Shown here: one piece after another, positions 33,568 to 37,655 of the stretch | Layout of the letters: each line of letters opens with the position of its first letter | How positions within the stretch are numbered: position 1 is the stretch's first letter | Origin: Halocafeteria seosinensis | Taxonomy: Eukaryota | NCBI GenBank assembly: GCA_001687465.1 | Contig: LVLI01000350.1 | Coordinates: forward strand, 62,001 to 99,655 | DNA: 37,655 nt | Direction: 5' to 3' | Notes under the pieces: generated by a model | Database searches by the model: none | Seen by the model: the letters and a program-made list of their open reading frames with translations, nothing else | What the model was told of the DNA's origin: nothing | Made by a program: the position numbers and the translations under genes

Positions 33568-35087
33568 ATGAAACGCTTCAGAGTTTCACAGGAAGCGCTC
33601 TTGGCAGTGCTCTCAATTAGCAAAGGTGCTGATCCGTTTTACTATGGAACTGCTTCTGTGCAAACATGGAACGCACTTGCCGAGCAGCATGGCGAGGGAT
33701 GGCAGCTGTGGTACGCTTACTCCCTAAACCGTAGTGCCAGATACAAAGAATTGAAGACTGGGGGGCTACTTCCAGAACATGCGGAGGAATATAGAAATGC
33801 AGAAGATGATGCCGGTGGAGAGTGTGGTTTTCTCTTCTTCTTGATACATGTTACATCCTCTGGAGGCAGTCAGACTGGCACTTCGCAGTCATCACCCTCC
33901 AGAGCATCGTCTAGCGCAGAGGCTACAGACAAAATCTCCAGAATTACCGCGTCCGAGAAAAAGGAAATCGAAAATGATATTCAGCAAGCAAAGCAACGTA
34001 GCATGGAACGGATACAATCAATACGCGATGGTACAGACTATGAACGTAAACTGCGCCTCGACGCGAAGCAGCTAAGCGGGGAACTTGTAGAAGCACTAAA
34101 GCGGTTGTTTCCGACACATATGGTTAATGTTTGCTTTGCCAGGCAAGATACTGATGGATCTGGATTGTGTCTTATTGTAGGATGTTTAGATGCTCATGAC
34201 GGAGCCCCAGAAGATGAGGCGCAGGATTTGAACCTGAACGACTTGTATCCGTCCTGTTGCGCCACCGAAACCGTAAAAGTAAAGCTGGTGCACTATATCG
34301 CCAAAGATACTCTGTGCACGGCATGTAAACAATCGGATCAGGGCGCTGGTATTGAAGAAGACCGTAGTATTGCCAATCTTCAGGGAGGCTCCCATTGTAT
34401 CATCCGGTGTCAAATTCTTATGTGACTTGCACTGTCATGCTCACTCCATGCATTGGGCTCACCGTGAAACATATCCACCGACGTTCCGACACCAGTACAG
34501 TCAGAGGGCTCCTTGTCGATCCAGACCAAAACCCTTGCATCATTTGCCACGTTGACCACCCGACAGCTGATTTATCGCTATTTAAGGTTGAGGTCTCAAC
34601 TGAGGAAATGCCTAACCGCTGTCGTCTTCATGGGTTGGAACACGATGTAACGTTTGAACCCGAGTATCTACAAGGAGCAACAGACGTTTTACCGTCATTA
34701 GAGCAAATGGCTAACTCTTACGACTTCCCGTTGGTGGGAGTAGGGGCCACCAGCGGCAAAGTGCTCTTCCATGTTCTAAGGTTGTCTACTGGGCCTCCAA
34801 CACAAGACGGTGCGCACTTTAACCACGATCCTGATTTTGCCGTAAGTCGGTACGATCCTGAACATGACGAAGTAATAGCTTCCCAGCGTGTAACTGCTAG
34901 GGGTGATTCCGGTATGTTGGGCTGTTTGTGCTCCGGTGGTAAGCTACTGCCCGTGTGCGTGGTGGTGGGAGGGTTAGACGAACGCCCCGCAGAACCTGAT
35001 ACGTTCAACGTAGGACTCATTGTTCCCTTAAATTCTGACATTCTAGATTGGATAGCAACGTGGTTTCCACTTGCGGAAAGAAGCTGA
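33568..35087 (+). pseudogene. Trypsin-like (PA clan) serine peptidase gene split by a frameshift near 34390-34400
   Basis: ORF2 has the triad motifs in order: GLTVKH (His), ADLSLFKV (Asp), RGDSG (Ser), then PVCVVVGG. ORF1 ends in LQGGS and overlaps ORF2 in another frame with no evident intron. Confidence 0.65.
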
Positions 35088-37655
35088 CAGACCGAGATGC
35101 TTGCTGTGCAGTTTGCACAGCCACAGTGTAGGGGACATGGTCACACTGCAATTTGCAATCGTTTGGTCTTCCCCATCAGCTGAAAGCATCCCGCAGGCCA
35201 TAAATGTACATTGCGTAAACAGCATACGGTACTCTTGATGTAATGCAGACCTCATGGGAACTTACAACTCACACGGAGTAGTGCAGCCTGTCGATGGATA
35301 ATATTTGGCTACGCTTCAACGGGGAGGGTCCGTTGATCGTATCTGCGGAATTGATCCACTTCGCTGAGGCTCATCTCGCCTGTACCACACACAAAACCGC
35401 TCAATTGAGCTGCTATACATCTGTACACCGTACAGGGTGCTTACCACCATCACTTTCCCGCGGTAGCTGCAGTCGTGGTGGGCATGTGAGAGAGGTCATC
35501 GTCTCCGAAATCGTTCTGCGAATAACCAATAGAGCCTTCACAACTACATGTTAACCTCATAGTACAAAGCGTACTCGTCGCTGATTCCAATTTGGCCGCT
35601 GCGAAGGTAGCCGGCATTGCGCAACTGCGCAACAACTTCACGGGGATTAGTCGAAGGATACACTTCACGTACACGTCTCCCTTTCCTGCCTTTTGCACCA
35701 TCCAACATTTATATTGCTTACGTTTTTATTGGCCTTCGCTAAAGTGTACCTCGTTTCCTCCTGTAGCACACTTTGTATGATATGCGCGTGGTTACGCCTG
35801 GGAGCCAAACGCCGCCTTTTTTTCGCGGTTACCTGCAGTGCCATGAGTCATGGTCAGCACTAGTGAGTCATAACTTATCGTAAGCAAGCAAGGGTATATT
35901 GTGTAACAAGACGGCTACACTACATAGTAAGAGGCACACGCGAAACGACAGAAGCAACCTACGGGCAACAAGACGGCGAGGACACTGAGAGAGGCAAGCG
36001 AAACTACAGAAGCCAGAGAAGCAACCGAAGGCCAATTACTGTGTTGACCATTGTACAGTTCCGTCCAGGACCAAGGCATACTGTAACCTACTGTAAGGGC
36101 GTCGTACCCGTAGTGTCACCCATACTCTCGAGGATACAACCATAACGGTAGCTACCCATAGACTCCAACGGGATTCCTATGACAAACTATAGACGATCTC
36201 GACTCCGTTGGCAGCTCGTGTATTCTGCCCAATCGGTTCAATATTGTAGTAGGACTGCAGTCTGCACCGCTCGAAATGCGAAAGGAGGGACTTGAACGGT
36301 TGACCCCTCATGGGACTTAGGTAAGCGCCGAGATCGCTGTTTTTCTCTTTGGATCATGCCGGCCGTAGCAAGTCCGAAACCGCTCGCTTTCTTACCAAGA
36401 AATCCGCAATTTCATGGTGGAATACGAAGTCAATATTCTCGGGGGAACCGGAATGACCCCAGGAGCAGGGGTGGCACACAGGGGAGAAATCAAGGGGACA
36501 AAAAGGGTCGGCCAACAGGGGAAGCCAAAGAGAGCGACGGGGGATTTCCGGCGGTTTACGTTCACGACCTGAGTCGTTCCGTATCAATGAGACTAATGCC
36601 AGTCATAGTCTAAACTGCGCCCGAGAAACACGCTTGACAGGTTCTGACCAATACTCAAGCAACTTGTGATCTAGTTGCTTCCTTGAAAGAATGATCTACA
36701 GTAAATCCAGCACACTGACTCACTGTGTTCACTAACAACTGAGGCCATGGGCATCCCATTTTCCCACAAACCAGAAGTAAGTTTATTGGGCCAGCGTTTC
36801 GACAAACATTACAACCACTGTCTGCGTTCGCAATGGTGCCAAGTTAACAGAAGTCCGCGCGTCGGAGGACTCCGGGAGGAGTCGGAGTCAGGTTTAACGC
36901 CGTAAATTAACGGCTGTGCCGGAGTCCGCAGGAGTCCATCTAAGTGGAAATAACAGTATTCCTGGTGGCTTGACTAAACCGTGACTGTCTATACGCTTCG
37001 ATCGTTCAATCCTGGTCACCCCTTGCTCGTCCAACACAACGGGGCGTTGTGAAGACACGGGGGCGGGATTTGCCCCCGAGGACACGATATTCTGTTTTTC
37101 GTGCCAATTTGTCGCTGTAATATTCGTGTTAGAGTAGGACCCCATTGAATGATACATTGGGCATTACCTGGTGTAGTTGTAATATGACGCCACCTCTACA
37201 CTTTTATGAACAAAGGAGGGAGTCCCAAGAGGGCGGCAAAATAACAAAGCCGCTATGCTCCGAAAGCAGCAATAATGAGGGGTACGTAGCTTCCCGGCAG
37301 TCGTTCTGCTGCTCTGCTAGGCCAAGAAGGAGAGACAAAACGCGTGAATCGGCTGAAAAGGAGGATACATCCGCAGTAAACGAGCTCTTGGAGGGATCGG
37401 AGAATACCGTTGGCGGGGGACGAATCCGGAGGCGAACGGTAAGTGGAGGTCTTCTGTTTGTAGTGCGCACACGGGGTACAACATGACATGAAAGTTTCTC
37501 TCAAACTCCAGAATTCGAGTCATACGTTTGCTTTTTATCTGGAACGAACCGAAGTTCCAGAATGTATGCGACATCCTTTTATCATCTCAGGTAAGACTCC
37601 GCTGGAATTGAGCCAAGGGTTTCACGACACAAGGATTATGCATTTATTTGCATTC

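Noticed and set aside
37145..37655. Short ORFs and GTAAG donor-like sites at the window end
   Set aside because: No motif and no coherent gene model within the window.

Overview
Eukaryotic, gene-dense DNA with short (about 35-180 nt) GT-AG introns. It most likely comes from a flagellated protist. A stramenopile is my inference from the dynein-2 gene and the domain types; the window cannot prove it. Bases 1-27,100 hold mostly conserved genes: a truncated TKL-type kinase, two tandem UBE2W-like E2 enzymes, prefoldin 5, NAXD, SDA1, an intronless 3,203-aa FG-GAP/Calx-beta/Ig/TSP1 surface protein, an ankyrin-repeat gene and WDR60/DYNC2I1. This part also has a head-to-head pair of unannotated Cys-rich paralogues with a double palindrome between them. 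Bases 27,200-37,655 are accessory and transposon-like. They contain a 2.4-kb element bounded by 27/28-identical terminal inverted repeats that carries a doubled Ulp1/C48 protease, a second inverted-repeat-bounded segment enclosing a spliced 43-aa Lys-rich microprotein, and a frameshifted trypsin-like protease with a possible Crinkler-like header. I saw no rRNA, tRNA or CRISPR array. Gene models were spliced by eye and no database searches were run.
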